Under the pieces are notes generated by a model, which was given only the letters and a program-made list of their open reading frames with translations, did not search any database and was not told the DNA's origin. The position numbers and the translations under genes are program-made. 64,000 nt of DNA from an uncultured Verrucomicrobiae bacterium. GTDB lineage: Bacteria; Verrucomicrobiota; Verrucomicrobiia; Limisphaerales; Palsa-1400. Below, one piece after another: positions 38,472 to 48,400 of this stretch. The first letter of the stretch is position 1; each line of letters opens with the position of its first letter. The DNA lies in the NCBI GenBank assembly GCA_963702845.1, contig OY969763.1, positions 864,001 to 928,000 on the forward strand, written 5' to 3'.

Positions 38472-38887
38472 GCGCAACCGCGAACGAAATGGGATTGCCA
38501 CACGGGCCGGAGTTCCGGTTTGTCGATCGAATCGTTGAAATGCAGCCTGGCAAATCGGGTGTGGCAACTTACGAAGTCCGCGGTGATGAGGAATTCCTGC
38601 GCGGCCATTTTCCAGGGAACCCGATCGTACCTGGTGTCCTGCTGATTGAAGCAGTCGCGCAATTAGCCGGATGTGTTGCACAAGCCGGACGCGATACGCC
38701 GCTCAACAATCTAAAACTCGCCGGCGTCCGCAATGCAAAAATTGCAGGCACGGCAAGGCCCGGTGAGATTATTGACTTATCAGCCAGCATCACGGCTCAG
38801 ATGGGGAATGTATTTCAGGCATCAGGCACTGCGACCGTTGCAGGCAAGATCGTATTGCAAGCGGACGTGATCCTCGCGGGCGAATAG
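38468..38887 (+). CDS. fabZ: 3-hydroxyacyl-ACP dehydratase, FabZ family
   Basis: LPHGPEFRFVDRI and FLRGHFPGNPIVPGVLLIEAVAQ. Probably a paralog rather than the housekeeping copy. Confidence 0.85.
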   Translation: MSATANEMGLPHGPEFRFVDRIVEMQPGKSGVATYEVRGDEEFLRGHFPGNPIVPGVLLIEAVAQLAGCVAQAGRDTPLNNLKLAGVRNAKIAGTARPGEIIDLSASITAQMGNVFQASGTATVAGKIVLQADVILAGE

Positions 38888-38948
38888 GACAACGGTTTGC
38901 GTGGAAATTTTAACTTTCACTTTACAGCACTCGGTTTATGTTCGGACG

Positions 38949-39677
38949 ATGCGAACACGTATCTTCGCCGGTTTGGCGGTAGCTTGTTTATTTTTTACTT
39001 TTTCTGGTGACTCGCGTGCGCAGGTGCCCGGCGCCGGTCCTGGCAACGTCGCATTCCTCCGAATCTTCGACCAACACAAAGCGTTTTCGGCCACCGCTGA
39101 TATGCAAATTACCGACAACAGCAAGGACAAGATGGAAGTCACTTTTGCCCTTGCGTTGGACAAAGACAAAGTGCGATTCGAAGTAGACCTGGCGAACGCG
39201 AAAGGCTCGATGATCAGTCCGGAGGTGGTGGCGCAAATGAAAGCCGTCGGTATGGACCGCGCCATCAGTATCATGCGTCTGGATAAAAAACGGCTTTATG
39301 TCATTTATCCCGGGCTCAAGGCGTATGCGGATGTGGTGATGCCTGACGAGTCGGTGCAAAGCCTGACCAAAAACCTCAAGATGCAAAAAGAACCTCAAGG
39401 CAAGGAAACGGTCGCGTCCCATCCCTGTACGAAAACGCTGATTACGCTAACCGACGACAAGGGTGGCAAAGAGCGAATTACGGCTTGGGAAGCCAATGAT
39501 CTAAAAGCATTTCCTGTTCAAGCCCAGCTGTTTGAGGCTGGCCAAAATATCGTTATCAAGCTTCGTGATGTGAAACTGACCCGGCCCGATGCCAAAGTAT
39601 TTGAGCCGCCGACCGGGTTTAAGAAATACGACGATATGCAGAGCTTGATGGCTCAGGCAGTGGCAGGAAAACACTAG
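38949..39677 (+). CDS. Exported protein (DUF4412-like / LolA-like beta-sheet fold)
   Basis: Signal peptide from ATG 38949; GKETVASHPCTK and C-terminal VFEPPTGFKK. Confidence 0.65.
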   Translation: MRTRIFAGLAVACLFFTFSGDSRAQVPGAGPGNVAFLRIFDQHKAFSATADMQITDNSKDKMEVTFALALDKDKVRFEVDLANAKGSMISPEVVAQMKAVGMDRAISIMRLDKKRLYVIYPGLKAYADVVMPDESVQSLTKNLKMQKEPQGKETVASHPCTKTLITLTDDKGGKERITAWEANDLKAFPVQAQLFEAGQNIVIKLRDVKLTRPDAKVFEPPTGFKKYDDMQSLMAQAVAGKH

Positions 39678-39700
39678 GCGTTCGTAGGTTGTTTAATTCG

Positions 39701-39734
39701 AAAAAAAGGGCGGACGCCATTGCGACGTCCGCCC
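39701..39734 (-). terminator. Rho-independent terminator oriented for a minus-strand transcript
   Basis: 9-bp stem GGGCGGACG/CGTCCGCCC. The A7 on its left gives a U7 tail on the minus strand only. Confidence 0.7.
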
Positions 39735-39917
39735 CCCAACAACCAAACTAACCAACCCTTGTCCTTAGCACTCAAACGAACGGGAAAACCAAAAACCCAT
39801 TCATCCTTTAACTAAGAACCTATTGTAATGACGCATAAAAGTGCTGATTGTTCAAATTTTTTTTAATGTTAGCGTGCTTATAAGCGAAGTTGATGTAAGC
39901 CGCTGAAAATCAGAAAA

Positions 39918-41294
39918 ATGCGCCTAACTAACCTAAATCCCGACACCGAAATCGGAGCCAGTTGCTGGGTCGTTGAAATCGACGGCCACCGATTGATGAT
40001 GGATGCAGGTTCGCATCCGAAACGCGAGGGCAGGGCGGCCATGCCGATGTTCTCAGTGGTTGCCCACGAACAGGTGGATGCGATCGCCATTTCCCACTGC
40101 CACCATGATCACGTCGGCAACTTGCCGGTTGCGGTGCGCCACTTTCCGCATGCACACGTGTTGATGCCGGAGTTGAGCTATTTTCTGGTCGAACGCGTGC
40201 TGCACAATTCCGTGAACGTGATGACGCGACAACGGGACGAATCCGGAATAGCCGAGTATCCGCTGTTTACGCACGGCGAAGTCGATGATATCGCGCCGCT
40301 GTTTCAAGGCTTAAAATATAATCGCGAGATCGACTGGGCCAATTTTGACAAATCCAAACGTTCCCAGTTTTCGCCAACGTTAGAGTTTTTCGATGCCGGG
40401 CACGCGCTTGGCTCGGCGGGGATGATGGTTCGGGGCCAATCCCAGTCGTTGTTCTATACAGGCGACGTTTGTTTCCATGACCAGACTTTGTTGCGCGCTG
40501 CGCGTTTTGACGACGTCAAAGCAGATGTGTTGCTGATGGAAACAACGCGCGGGAACCGTGAAGTTCCGAAGGGATTCAGCCGTGTTGCGGAAACTGAGCG
40601 ACTCAGCCAGTCAATCGAGCGCGTTCTCCAAAGAAAAGGTTCGGTTTTGATCCCAACCTTTGCCCTTGGCCGCACGCAAGAGATTTTGGCGCAGCTTGCT
40701 TTGATGATGGCTGCGGGAAAATTGGAACGGCAGCCAGTCTACGTCGGTGGGTTGGGCCGGGTGTTTACCGAGATTTATGATTTGCAGGCGCATCGCACTT
40801 ATCGTCATCACAGCGGCCTGCAACTGGGGCAGGCGTTGAACATCGTCGTTCTGGATCGCAACAAGATGGACGAAATGAGTCTGTCGGGCGGAAAGATTTT
40901 CGTCTTAACGGCCGGCATGCTGACCGAGCACACGCCTGCGCACGAGATGGCGGTGCGAATGATGGGTGACGAGCGGAATGCGATTTTGTTCGTGGGCTAT
41001 AGCGATCCTGAAACGCCCGGCGGTCGACTGAAACAGTCGAAGGTTGGCGAGCCGTTTCTATTCAGCGAGAATGCTGGAGAAGTCACGCGGCGTTGTGAAT
41101 TGGAGGACTTCGACCTGACGGCCCATGCCAATCGTGATGAACTTTTAAATCTAGTCGACGTCGTTTCACCGCACACGGTCGTCCTGGCGCATGGAGAAAC
41201 GGCGTCGCGTAAGTGGTTCGAAGAGCAGATCCGGCAGCGGTATCCGAAAATCAAAGTTGTGCAACCGACGCCTGGCTTGACCTTTGATTTGTAA
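39918..41294 (+). CDS. MBL-fold metallo-hydrolase, beta-CASP ribonuclease family
   Basis: EIGASC, SHCHHDHVG, AGHALGS, YTGD, METTRG, FALGRTQE, LTAHA and LAHGE. Confidence 0.9.
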   Translation: MRLTNLNPDTEIGASCWVVEIDGHRLMMDAGSHPKREGRAAMPMFSVVAHEQVDAIAISHCHHDHVGNLPVAVRHFPHAHVLMPELSYFLVERVLHNSVNVMTRQRDESGIAEYPLFTHGEVDDIAPLFQGLKYNREIDWANFDKSKRSQFSPTLEFFDAGHALGSAGMMVRGQSQSLFYTGDVCFHDQTLLRAARFDDVKADVLLMETTRGNREVPKGFSRVAETERLSQSIERVLQRKGSVLIPTFALGRTQEILAQLALMMAAGKLERQPVYVGGLGRVFTEIYDLQAHRTYRHHSGLQLGQALNIVVLDRNKMDEMSLSGGKIFVLTAGMLTEHTPAHEMAVRMMGDERNAILFVGYSDPETPGGRLKQSKVGEPFLFSENAGEVTRRCELEDFDLTAHANRDELLNLVDVVSPHTVVLAHGETASRKWFEEQIRQRYPKIKVVQPTPGLTFDL

Positions 41295-41312
41295 ATCTAG
41301 AGCGCCCTAAGG

Positions 41313-44300
41313 CTACTTATGTCTGGGGGGCACTTGCGGATTCGTCGGCACCGACTTTTCGTCCGATTGATTGATCGACTCCTTTAGGGTGTGGAACGGG
41401 CGCAGGATCATCATCAGGAACTTCGGAATGTACATCGGTTCTTTAACCGGTTTATTGATCGTGCCTGTAATGTGATACTCGAATAATTTCGTGATCGGCG
41501 CGAGCGCGAACTTTAATATGGGACCCAGCACAGCGGTTTCACGCAGGAGTTGTGCCTCGACCTTGGCGTCGACGTGTTTGTCCAACCCAATGTAGCCTCT
41601 GTAGAGGAGTCGATAACCCGTCGCCCGAATTTCCAAATCATCGGTGTAGATATTCCCGTTCACAATTGCATACGTGGCTTTGGCCTCGTATGCACGGCTG
41701 TTGCCCGCCCCGGGTGCAATTGCGTTTAGAACCGGTGAAAAGACTCCGAACATCGGAAGGTCCCAGAGCAATGCGTTGTGGACGCTGACGAAGCCGTGGC
41801 CGTTGATGCTGCCTAAATTTTTCGAATTCCCTGATTTGATGTGAACTTCGAGATCCACCTTGCCTTCGAGATTGTTGGTTTTTCCGGTCAACCCGCGCGC
41901 CAACAGCGGTAGCTCAACATCAACTGCCGCAAGGTCGAAACGAAAGTTTGTATCGGCCTTTGGTTTATAGGTGAGCCAACCCCAGCCGTTTGCTCTGCCT
42001 GCACCATAAGCGCTCGCCTGGAGGTTGGTGATGAGGACTGTTCTGCCGCGCCAAAAAACATCGCCGGTGATAGTGTCGGCGACAATATTGGTCCAGCGAT
42101 AGCCGGTGCCGCCGATATTGAAGTGAACGTCCGTAGCCAAAGGATTTGTCCAACAGAAATTGCCCGAGCAACGGATGTCAGGCGGTTTAAAAAACTCCAT
42201 CTGGCTCATCCACAACGGCGTTTTGGGGCCGAGCACGCGTTTGAGCGCACGCGGATCAAGTGTGCTGGAGACGTTTGTGACAGTGACCGTCTTGGATGAG
42301 AAATCCGCGACGGCGGAAGGCATGCGGAATATTTGCTCTCTTTGCCGCGCTTGCACATTCGAGACCTTCAGGACGAGGTTTGTGTATTCGACGTTCGCAT
42401 TCAGGAAATCAAGCTTCTCGTTGTGAAACCAGAAATTGCTGCCGTGCACCGTTGCTGAGAAACCGGTCAGTTCACGGGCCTTCCATCGGCCTCGAACCTC
42501 AGCGTGGATGTGGGGTGGGGTGGTAAACTTCAACTCGTCCAGCCAATGTTGTTGGGCCTCGGGTAAAACTGGTCGTGCGAAAGCAGGATTGGCGTCGCTA
42601 TCGGCCAGAAAACGATATTCGTGCGTATCATCGCTTCCAGTGTAGTGCATGGATAATTGGCCGCCGTCACGTTTCGCCAGCAGATCAGGTATGTCCCAAG
42701 TCCGGTTGGTGTAAGTAAACGTGGACGTCGCCCAATCGACCGGGATGTCGCGGAACGTTCCGTTCTGACCGAGGAACTTTCCTGCTATCTGCAACGTGGG
42801 GAGCACTTCCGCCCGCCAGTCCGGATGCCGGTTTGTCCATTGTGGCAACATCAACGTGCAGTTCGCCTCCACCTTAGGCGCTTGTTGCCAGGTAAATTGC
42901 TTCAACCAACGTTGCGCGTTCGTTGTGAGAACCTGTGACACTTTCATCGGATCAAAATCCGAATTCACTTCCGCGTGGGCACGCCGGGATTCAACGTTTA
43001 CGCTGGCGTTTGCCTGCAAATTGCCGTTGTACAATTTGGCGCGGATTTGTGAAATGGTGAGGGACGGCGGTTTCCAATGGCCGGCGCACGAAAGTGACTG
43101 GATCGCCAGTTTGGGTGATTGCACATCGGTGATTTCGGCGCCCCAATCGGCTGTAAAAGGCCGCAGCTTTAACCATGGACCCCAGGACGCCGGCGTATCG
43201 GTGTTCTGCTTCGAAACATCGCCGCGTGCAGTGAAACGAAGACTTTTTGCTGAGCCCCAACGCGACTCTGCGCCGGTTCCAGAAACCGTCGTGTCGAACG
43301 TGTGAAACAGGAATCGGCCCGCTTCGTAATAGCCGTCCAGCTCAGCGCGAGATATCAGGTTTATAACACTTATCCAGTTTGTGGAGAACCGAGCTCTTGC
43401 TGCAGAAGCCGAGACTTCGACCACGCCGGAAAACAGATTGGTATCCGCGGCAGTTGTGCCCAACGACGCCGTCACATCGATATTCGTCGCGTATCCTTGG
43501 GGCACCGTTACTTCCTCGCCATTGGCGTGCAGACTGAGCATCGGTTTCGCCGTCAGGTCAGTGTCGAGAGAGAGACGAAGTCCGTTGGCATTGACCCACG
43601 GTGAACGCACGGCTTTGGCATGCACCAACAATCTGCTGCGCGTTGTTTCGGGCTTCTTCCCATCTGCATTAATTCGCAAGTGGATGCTCGGCGCTTCTGC
43701 GAACGATATCTGGTTAATGACATTCGCAAATTGCGCGAGCGATGCCTGGAGATTTCGGTTTGTTTTGGCGCCGGTGTGGAAAATCGGCCAAGAGGGCAGG
43801 GCAGAGTAGTTGGTGACTGTGCCTTCGACGACAATGTTGACGTTGTGGAAGGTCGCTTTGCCACGCGTCAGTTCAGCGGTGTCGTTGGTCATCAAACGCA
43901 GGTAGAGGCTGACGTTTGTGACCGACAGTGTGCCGCCATTCGTGTCGGCCATCGGCAGATGGAATTGTCCACCAACGATTCGTGCCGCACTCAAATTGAT
44001 GCGGCCGTGCAAGAGCTTTGCCGGGTCGAGGTGGATATCTGTGCGGGATGCAGAGATGTCCGCGGCAAATGATGGGTCCATCCGACGAAACGCGGGCTTG
44101 TCGATAATTACGCTCGTCCCAAAGCCGAGGCGCATGTTGGTAAATCGCACGTCCCACCCGCGTTCCCGCAAGGTTGCGACGAGCGGCTTCTTAACAAATT
44201 CCGGCAACCCTTTTTCGTGCAGGTAGAAAACGGTGCCGATGGCCAAGAGCATGAGCAACAGCAGGGCGACACGAAAGAGTCGCACCCATCCGCGAAACGT

Positions 44301-44336
44301 GTTCAGCGGTACTCGAGGAAAGACCTTCATACTCAC
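41313..44336 (-). CDS. AsmA-like / YhdP-like envelope bridge protein
   Basis: Single N-terminal TM, long beta-strand-rich body and AsmA-like C-terminus (LFEYHITGTINKP). Alternative start ATG 44330. Confidence 0.7.
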   Translation of the reverse strand: MSMKVFPRVPLNTFRGWVRLFRVALLLLMLLAIGTVFYLHEKGLPEFVKKPLVATLRERGWDVRFTNMRLGFGTSVIIDKPAFRRMDPSFAADISASRTDIHLDPAKLLHGRINLSAARIVGGQFHLPMADTNGGTLSVTNVSLYLRLMTNDTAELTRGKATFHNVNIVVEGTVTNYSALPSWPIFHTGAKTNRNLQASLAQFANVINQISFAEAPSIHLRINADGKKPETTRSRLLVHAKAVRSPWVNANGLRLSLDTDLTAKPMLSLHANGEEVTVPQGYATNIDVTASLGTTAADTNLFSGVVEVSASAARARFSTNWISVINLISRAELDGYYEAGRFLFHTFDTTVSGTGAESRWGSAKSLRFTARGDVSKQNTDTPASWGPWLKLRPFTADWGAEITDVQSPKLAIQSLSCAGHWKPPSLTISQIRAKLYNGNLQANASVNVESRRAHAEVNSDFDPMKVSQVLTTNAQRWLKQFTWQQAPKVEANCTLMLPQWTNRHPDWRAEVLPTLQIAGKFLGQNGTFRDIPVDWATSTFTYTNRTWDIPDLLAKRDGGQLSMHYTGSDDTHEYRFLADSDANPAFARPVLPEAQQHWLDELKFTTPPHIHAEVRGRWKARELTGFSATVHGSNFWFHNEKLDFLNANVEYTNLVLKVSNVQARQREQIFRMPSAVADFSSKTVTVTNVSSTLDPRALKRVLGPKTPLWMSQMEFFKPPDIRCSGNFCWTNPLATDVHFNIGGTGYRWTNIVADTITGDVFWRGRTVLITNLQASAYGAGRANGWGWLTYKPKADTNFRFDLAAVDVELPLLARGLTGKTNNLEGKVDLEVHIKSGNSKNLGSINGHGFVSVHNALLWDLPMFGVFSPVLNAIAPGAGNSRAYEAKATYAIVNGNIYTDDLEIRATGYRLLYRGYIGLDKHVDAKVEAQLLRETAVLGPILKFALAPITKLFEYHITGTINKPVKEPMYIPKFLMMILRPFHTLKESINQSDEKSVPTNPQVPPRHK

Positions 44337-46153
44337 TCGTGCCGGATACGGTAGGCCGGAGGAATGGTCAGATCGTTTTTCACGAATTCATAATACACGG
44401 GGTAGGGAAATTCAAAAACCAGCCGCTGCCCGCTACGCATCACGGTCGCGTACGGGTTCATGTATTCTTCCGACTGTTTGCCGAATGCAATCGAGTAAGT
44501 CTCCTTGTGGTCGCCGTTCTTCACTTCAAATGTGACCCGGTGGTCGGTTTCGTTGAATCCGAACCGGTCCAAATTCGCATCACCATGCTGGCTCCAGTAG
44601 ACCGCTTTCAATTCTCCCATTCGATTCAGCGCTTCTTCGAGCGAATCCTGCTTGATCATACCGCTATAACCTGGAGCGAACGTCCATTGGCCGAACGGAT
44701 CACGTATCAGTTTCCGCAAATATCCCTGCTGGTGAATGGTGATACTGACCACCTGTTTACCCTCGAAATTCCATACACGCCGGTCACGCAATTGCCACGA
44801 AACTCTGGGCAATCGTGCAAATTCTCCCCGGCCGATGGAATTGACCGATTCTTCCTCCGTACAGCGCTCAAAGACCCGGTCGGTGTTATTAGTTCCGAAC
44901 TCCAAATGCGCAACGGCATAGTCCGGCGGATTGCCCATTGCGGAGGATTTTAACGTAAATTGGGCGAGCGGCGGTTTAAGCCCGTACGCTGCAACGTCAG
45001 CCACGACCGTTTTTTCACGTTCGATTTGCGCGCCCGCAAATGTGTCGAGCATTCCGTGGACAAGCTCGTCATCGGCAGGAAATGTCTCGGTGCCTACAAC
45101 CAGCCACGTCTGGTCGGCCTTGCGTTCGAGTTTAAAGTCGTCGCCGCCACGCACCTGAATTCCATCAATCAACGCAGGCGGAACGCTCACCATGTGAGGA
45201 TCGAGGAAATTAGTATAAGCAGCTTGCCAGGCCAGCAACGGCGCCTTTGGAACGAGCATAACATTGGTAGTATCGCTCCGCTGAACATACACCAGATTGG
45301 TTTGATTCGTAGGGCTGAGACCAATGCGCAAACCGAGTATCGCATTGGTACCCCGCACGAAGGCCAAATCGAAATTTGTGGTCGAGGAGGGTTGCAGTCC
45401 ATACGGCTCGAGGTCCTTCGGATCATCTGCGACAAAAACCGCGGCTTTGACGCCGGCAATACCCTTTAGCAATTCGTCGATCTTCGGTGTGTCAGCGCGC
45501 GCCTGGAGGGGAGTCTGCATCCGCCAAAGTTTTGTCTTCGTGTCAGAAGTTAATTCCACAACCTTTGCTTCATTTGTGATCCGCAGCCCGTCGAACTGAA
45601 GGTCTTCAAAATGGACGAGGACTTTATCGCGCCAATCGTCTTTGTCCGCTGAAATGGATTTCAAAAAGTCGGCAGAGGCAAGGTAGATGTTATCGCCGCC
45701 ACGCACCTGCAGAAATACTTCATCGGCCACGGCGGATGTTGCGCCGACATCGAGGTAATACTTGTTGTTGGTGGTTTCAACGCCCAACGATAACTGCGGT
45801 GCAACCATTCCAAACTCTTCCTGAACGTTCTGCCTGTCTTTCAGTTCGTCCGCAGACAAACGGGTTTTCCATTCCAGTTCACCCAGTGCTTTCAGGACCG
45901 CAGCAATGCGTTCGACGTCAGCGGGGTAGTTGATCGGTTTTACAACGCGCCATGAGTTGTTGGTGACCTGGATTTGAACTTCCTCACCTGCCGAGGGACG
46001 CACGGAGATTCGGCGGACCTGTGAAGCGTCGAAGGCAGGAAATATTTTTCGAGAATCTTCGCGTAAGCGCGCCTGGCGAATTGGTTTTTCAACCAATACG
46101 ACGAAGCCCAATAAAACCGCTGCAAGCGTGACGAGGATGACAGTCGCCTTCAA
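44333..46153 (-). CDS. DUF4340 domain protein
   Basis: N-terminal TM and repeated W....P....AD...L / YGL..P / WRDK modules, downstream of a GldG-like gene. Confidence 0.8.
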   Translation of the reverse strand: MKATVILVTLAAVLLGFVVLVEKPIRQARLREDSRKIFPAFDASQVRRISVRPSAGEEVQIQVTNNSWRVVKPINYPADVERIAAVLKALGELEWKTRLSADELKDRQNVQEEFGMVAPQLSLGVETTNNKYYLDVGATSAVADEVFLQVRGGDNIYLASADFLKSISADKDDWRDKVLVHFEDLQFDGLRITNEAKVVELTSDTKTKLWRMQTPLQARADTPKIDELLKGIAGVKAAVFVADDPKDLEPYGLQPSSTTNFDLAFVRGTNAILGLRIGLSPTNQTNLVYVQRSDTTNVMLVPKAPLLAWQAAYTNFLDPHMVSVPPALIDGIQVRGGDDFKLERKADQTWLVVGTETFPADDELVHGMLDTFAGAQIEREKTVVADVAAYGLKPPLAQFTLKSSAMGNPPDYAVAHLEFGTNNTDRVFERCTEEESVNSIGRGEFARLPRVSWQLRDRRVWNFEGKQVVSITIHQQGYLRKLIRDPFGQWTFAPGYSGMIKQDSLEEALNRMGELKAVYWSQHGDANLDRFGFNETDHRVTFEVKNGDHKETYSIAFGKQSEEYMNPYATVMRSGQRLVFEFPYPVYYEFVKNDLTIPPAYRIRHE

Positions 46154-46154
46154 T

Positions 46155-47654
46155 TTACCTCCGGCGTCTAAGCCAAACTAAACTTCCGAGCACAAGAATG
46201 CCGCCAGGCAAACCGGCCAGGAACAACCATTGCATCGCCATCATTTGCGAGCCGCTCAGGATGAGTTTGTACTCGCGAATGGGTCGAGCAGTGACACCGT
46301 TCAACAAAACCTCCGGACGCTCCAACAACCAGTCCAAAGCCAAGCTCGCGAAATAATGGTTTGCGACGGAGTCGATCATGGAATCATCGAGAAAGTCCGC
46401 ATCACCAACAACAATCATGCGCGTGCCGCCCCCACGGGTCGTGTTCACCCCTTTGATGACGCCTTGCTCAACAGCAATCATGAGTGGGAATTTGCCGGCG
46501 GTCTTGCCATCGGTTGCGAGATCGCTGGTTTCGGCGAGCACGTTGACTTGAGGAGCTCCAGGAACTTTCGACGTTTTTTGTGGTGGATAGACCGCCCGTG
46601 GCGATGCGATGCGAATCGGCAGTTGCTCCGTTAGCAGGGGCTTCATCATCGGATGCGTGCCAAGACGCGCGGTCAGAAAATCTTTATCGCTCAGACCGAT
46701 TCGGAACCGTGCATCGCGTTCTACGAGCGGAGCATCGCCCAGCTTGACGTCCCACGCTTGCAGGACTTCGTCGATGCCGCATTCTTTATTCAACAGGGCG
46801 AACATGCGGCCACCCTGCTTCAGGTATTCGTCAATCTTGCCGACTTCTTCCGGTAAAAACCGCGCCTGTCGCGGACCGGCGACGACGAGCAGTTGGCAGT
46901 CGGACGGAATGGCATTGGTCCCTGCGAGTGATAACAATTGCCAATCACTGTCAGCTTCATCTTTCAGAATTCCCGCGAACTTCGAATACGTGGCGGAAGT
47001 TTTGGCGTCGGCTTCGTCACCGGTGCCCGGCGAATGTTCGCCATGGCCGTAGAGAAAATATGTCTTCAGCGGACGTGGAAAACTGACGCTGAGAATGGCC
47101 GATGTAAAAAATACTTCGCCACGAAATGCGCTTCGCCGCACGGTCTTGCTGCGGCCGGCCAGAACGGCGCTGAAATCGTATTCCGCGAGGTTCTTTGCGT
47201 AATCGATTTTGGTGTGGCCGTTACTCTCGAAGAGGACGAAATCACGCTCTTTCAATCCGTTGAGTTTATGAGCAGCGAGGAACGCCTTCGCATCGGCATC
47301 GAAGCGCGTATAGTCGAGCGTTTTGACGCGGATGTGTTTGGGGTTCGCGTTATGATATTCGGTCAGCAACCCCGCACACAGACTGTAGATATCCTCTTCA
47401 TCACCGTGAGGCGCGAAGAACAGCGTTACCTCGATGTTGTTCGTCAGCGACTTGAGCAAACCTTGCGTCTGCGGCGAGAGTTTGAAGGCTGAACTTGCGC
47501 CCAACTGGGCACGCTTGAAGTGGCCACTTGCCAGATAGTTCGCCATGACCACGATGGCAAGGAACGCCACAATCGCTAGAAAGGAGTTAATGCCGACAAT
47601 CCATCGTCGGCCTGAGGAAAAACTTGTCTGGGAATCGATCGGCGTATTCATCAT
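46155..47654 (-). CDS. GldG-like ABC transporter accessory protein
   Basis: N- and C-terminal TMs; LSPQT, YFLYGHGEH, LVVAGP, YLKQGGR and VVGDADF. Confidence 0.85.
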   Translation of the reverse strand: MMNTPIDSQTSFSSGRRWIVGINSFLAIVAFLAIVVMANYLASGHFKRAQLGASSAFKLSPQTQGLLKSLTNNIEVTLFFAPHGDEEDIYSLCAGLLTEYHNANPKHIRVKTLDYTRFDADAKAFLAAHKLNGLKERDFVLFESNGHTKIDYAKNLAEYDFSAVLAGRSKTVRRSAFRGEVFFTSAILSVSFPRPLKTYFLYGHGEHSPGTGDEADAKTSATYSKFAGILKDEADSDWQLLSLAGTNAIPSDCQLLVVAGPRQARFLPEEVGKIDEYLKQGGRMFALLNKECGIDEVLQAWDVKLGDAPLVERDARFRIGLSDKDFLTARLGTHPMMKPLLTEQLPIRIASPRAVYPPQKTSKVPGAPQVNVLAETSDLATDGKTAGKFPLMIAVEQGVIKGVNTTRGGGTRMIVVGDADFLDDSMIDSVANHYFASLALDWLLERPEVLLNGVTARPIREYKLILSGSQMMAMQWLFLAGLPGGILVLGSLVWLRRRR

Positions 47655-48400
47655 TTCCAACGCCGGCTTTCCACGACGCGATAAGTCAGGAACAAAAAGA
47701 ACGCGCTCGCACTGACGTAAAACACGACGTAACGGCTGTCGACCACGCCACGGGAGAAATCGAGCATCTGCGTGTAAATGGACATCGATTTCAACGCTTC
47801 ATTGGACCAATCCGTTCTCATCGAAAGCTGGTCAGCCAGGAAGCTCAAGGCGAACAACGCAAATCCAATCGCAAACGCAACCATCGCCGCGACGATTTGA
47901 TTTTTTGTCAGCGAAGACGCGAAACAGCCGAGAGAGATGTAGAGCATCCCAAGCAGAGCAATGCCGAGGTAAGTGGAACCAATGGTTGCCGGATCGAGCA
48001 AACTTGGTTCATGCGTGAAATAGCGCAGAAAGAAAATGCAAAACAGCAGCGGCAACCACACGACCATATAGAACAACAACCCTGCGCTAAATTTTGCCAT
48101 CACCACCTGGACGTCCGAAACAGGGGTGGTCATCAGTGTTTCAAATGTGCCGGTCGCTTTTTCGACCGAAAACAATCGCATCGTGATGACCGGCACGGAA
48201 AACAAAAGAATCAACCAAAAATAGAATCCGAAGAAAATTTCTGTAACTGGCATTACCGTCGCCTCTCCTTGCAGCTTCGAGGCGAGGCTGACAAAGCTCA
48301 GCCCCATCAGAAACAGCGCTGACGCGATCACGATGTAGCCCATGAACGAGAGGAAAAAATGTCCAAGTTCCCGGCGTGTGAGTGTAAGGTAAGCCTGCAT
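47651..48400 (-). CDS. ABC transporter permease (GldF-like)
   Basis: ATG 48400; PVITMRLFSVEKATGTFETLMTTPV, SSLTKNQIVAA, about 6 TM segments. Confidence 0.88.
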   Translation of the reverse strand: MQAYLTLTRRELGHFFLSFMGYIVIASALFLMGLSFVSLASKLQGEATVMPVTEIFFGFYFWLILLFSVPVITMRLFSVEKATGTFETLMTTPVSDVQVVMAKFSAGLLFYMVVWLPLLFCIFFLRYFTHEPSLLDPATIGSTYLGIALLGMLYISLGCFASSLTKNQIVAAMVAFAIGFALFALSFLADQLSMRTDWSNEALKSMSIYTQMLDFSRGVVDSRYVVFYVSASAFFLFLTYRVVESRRWK

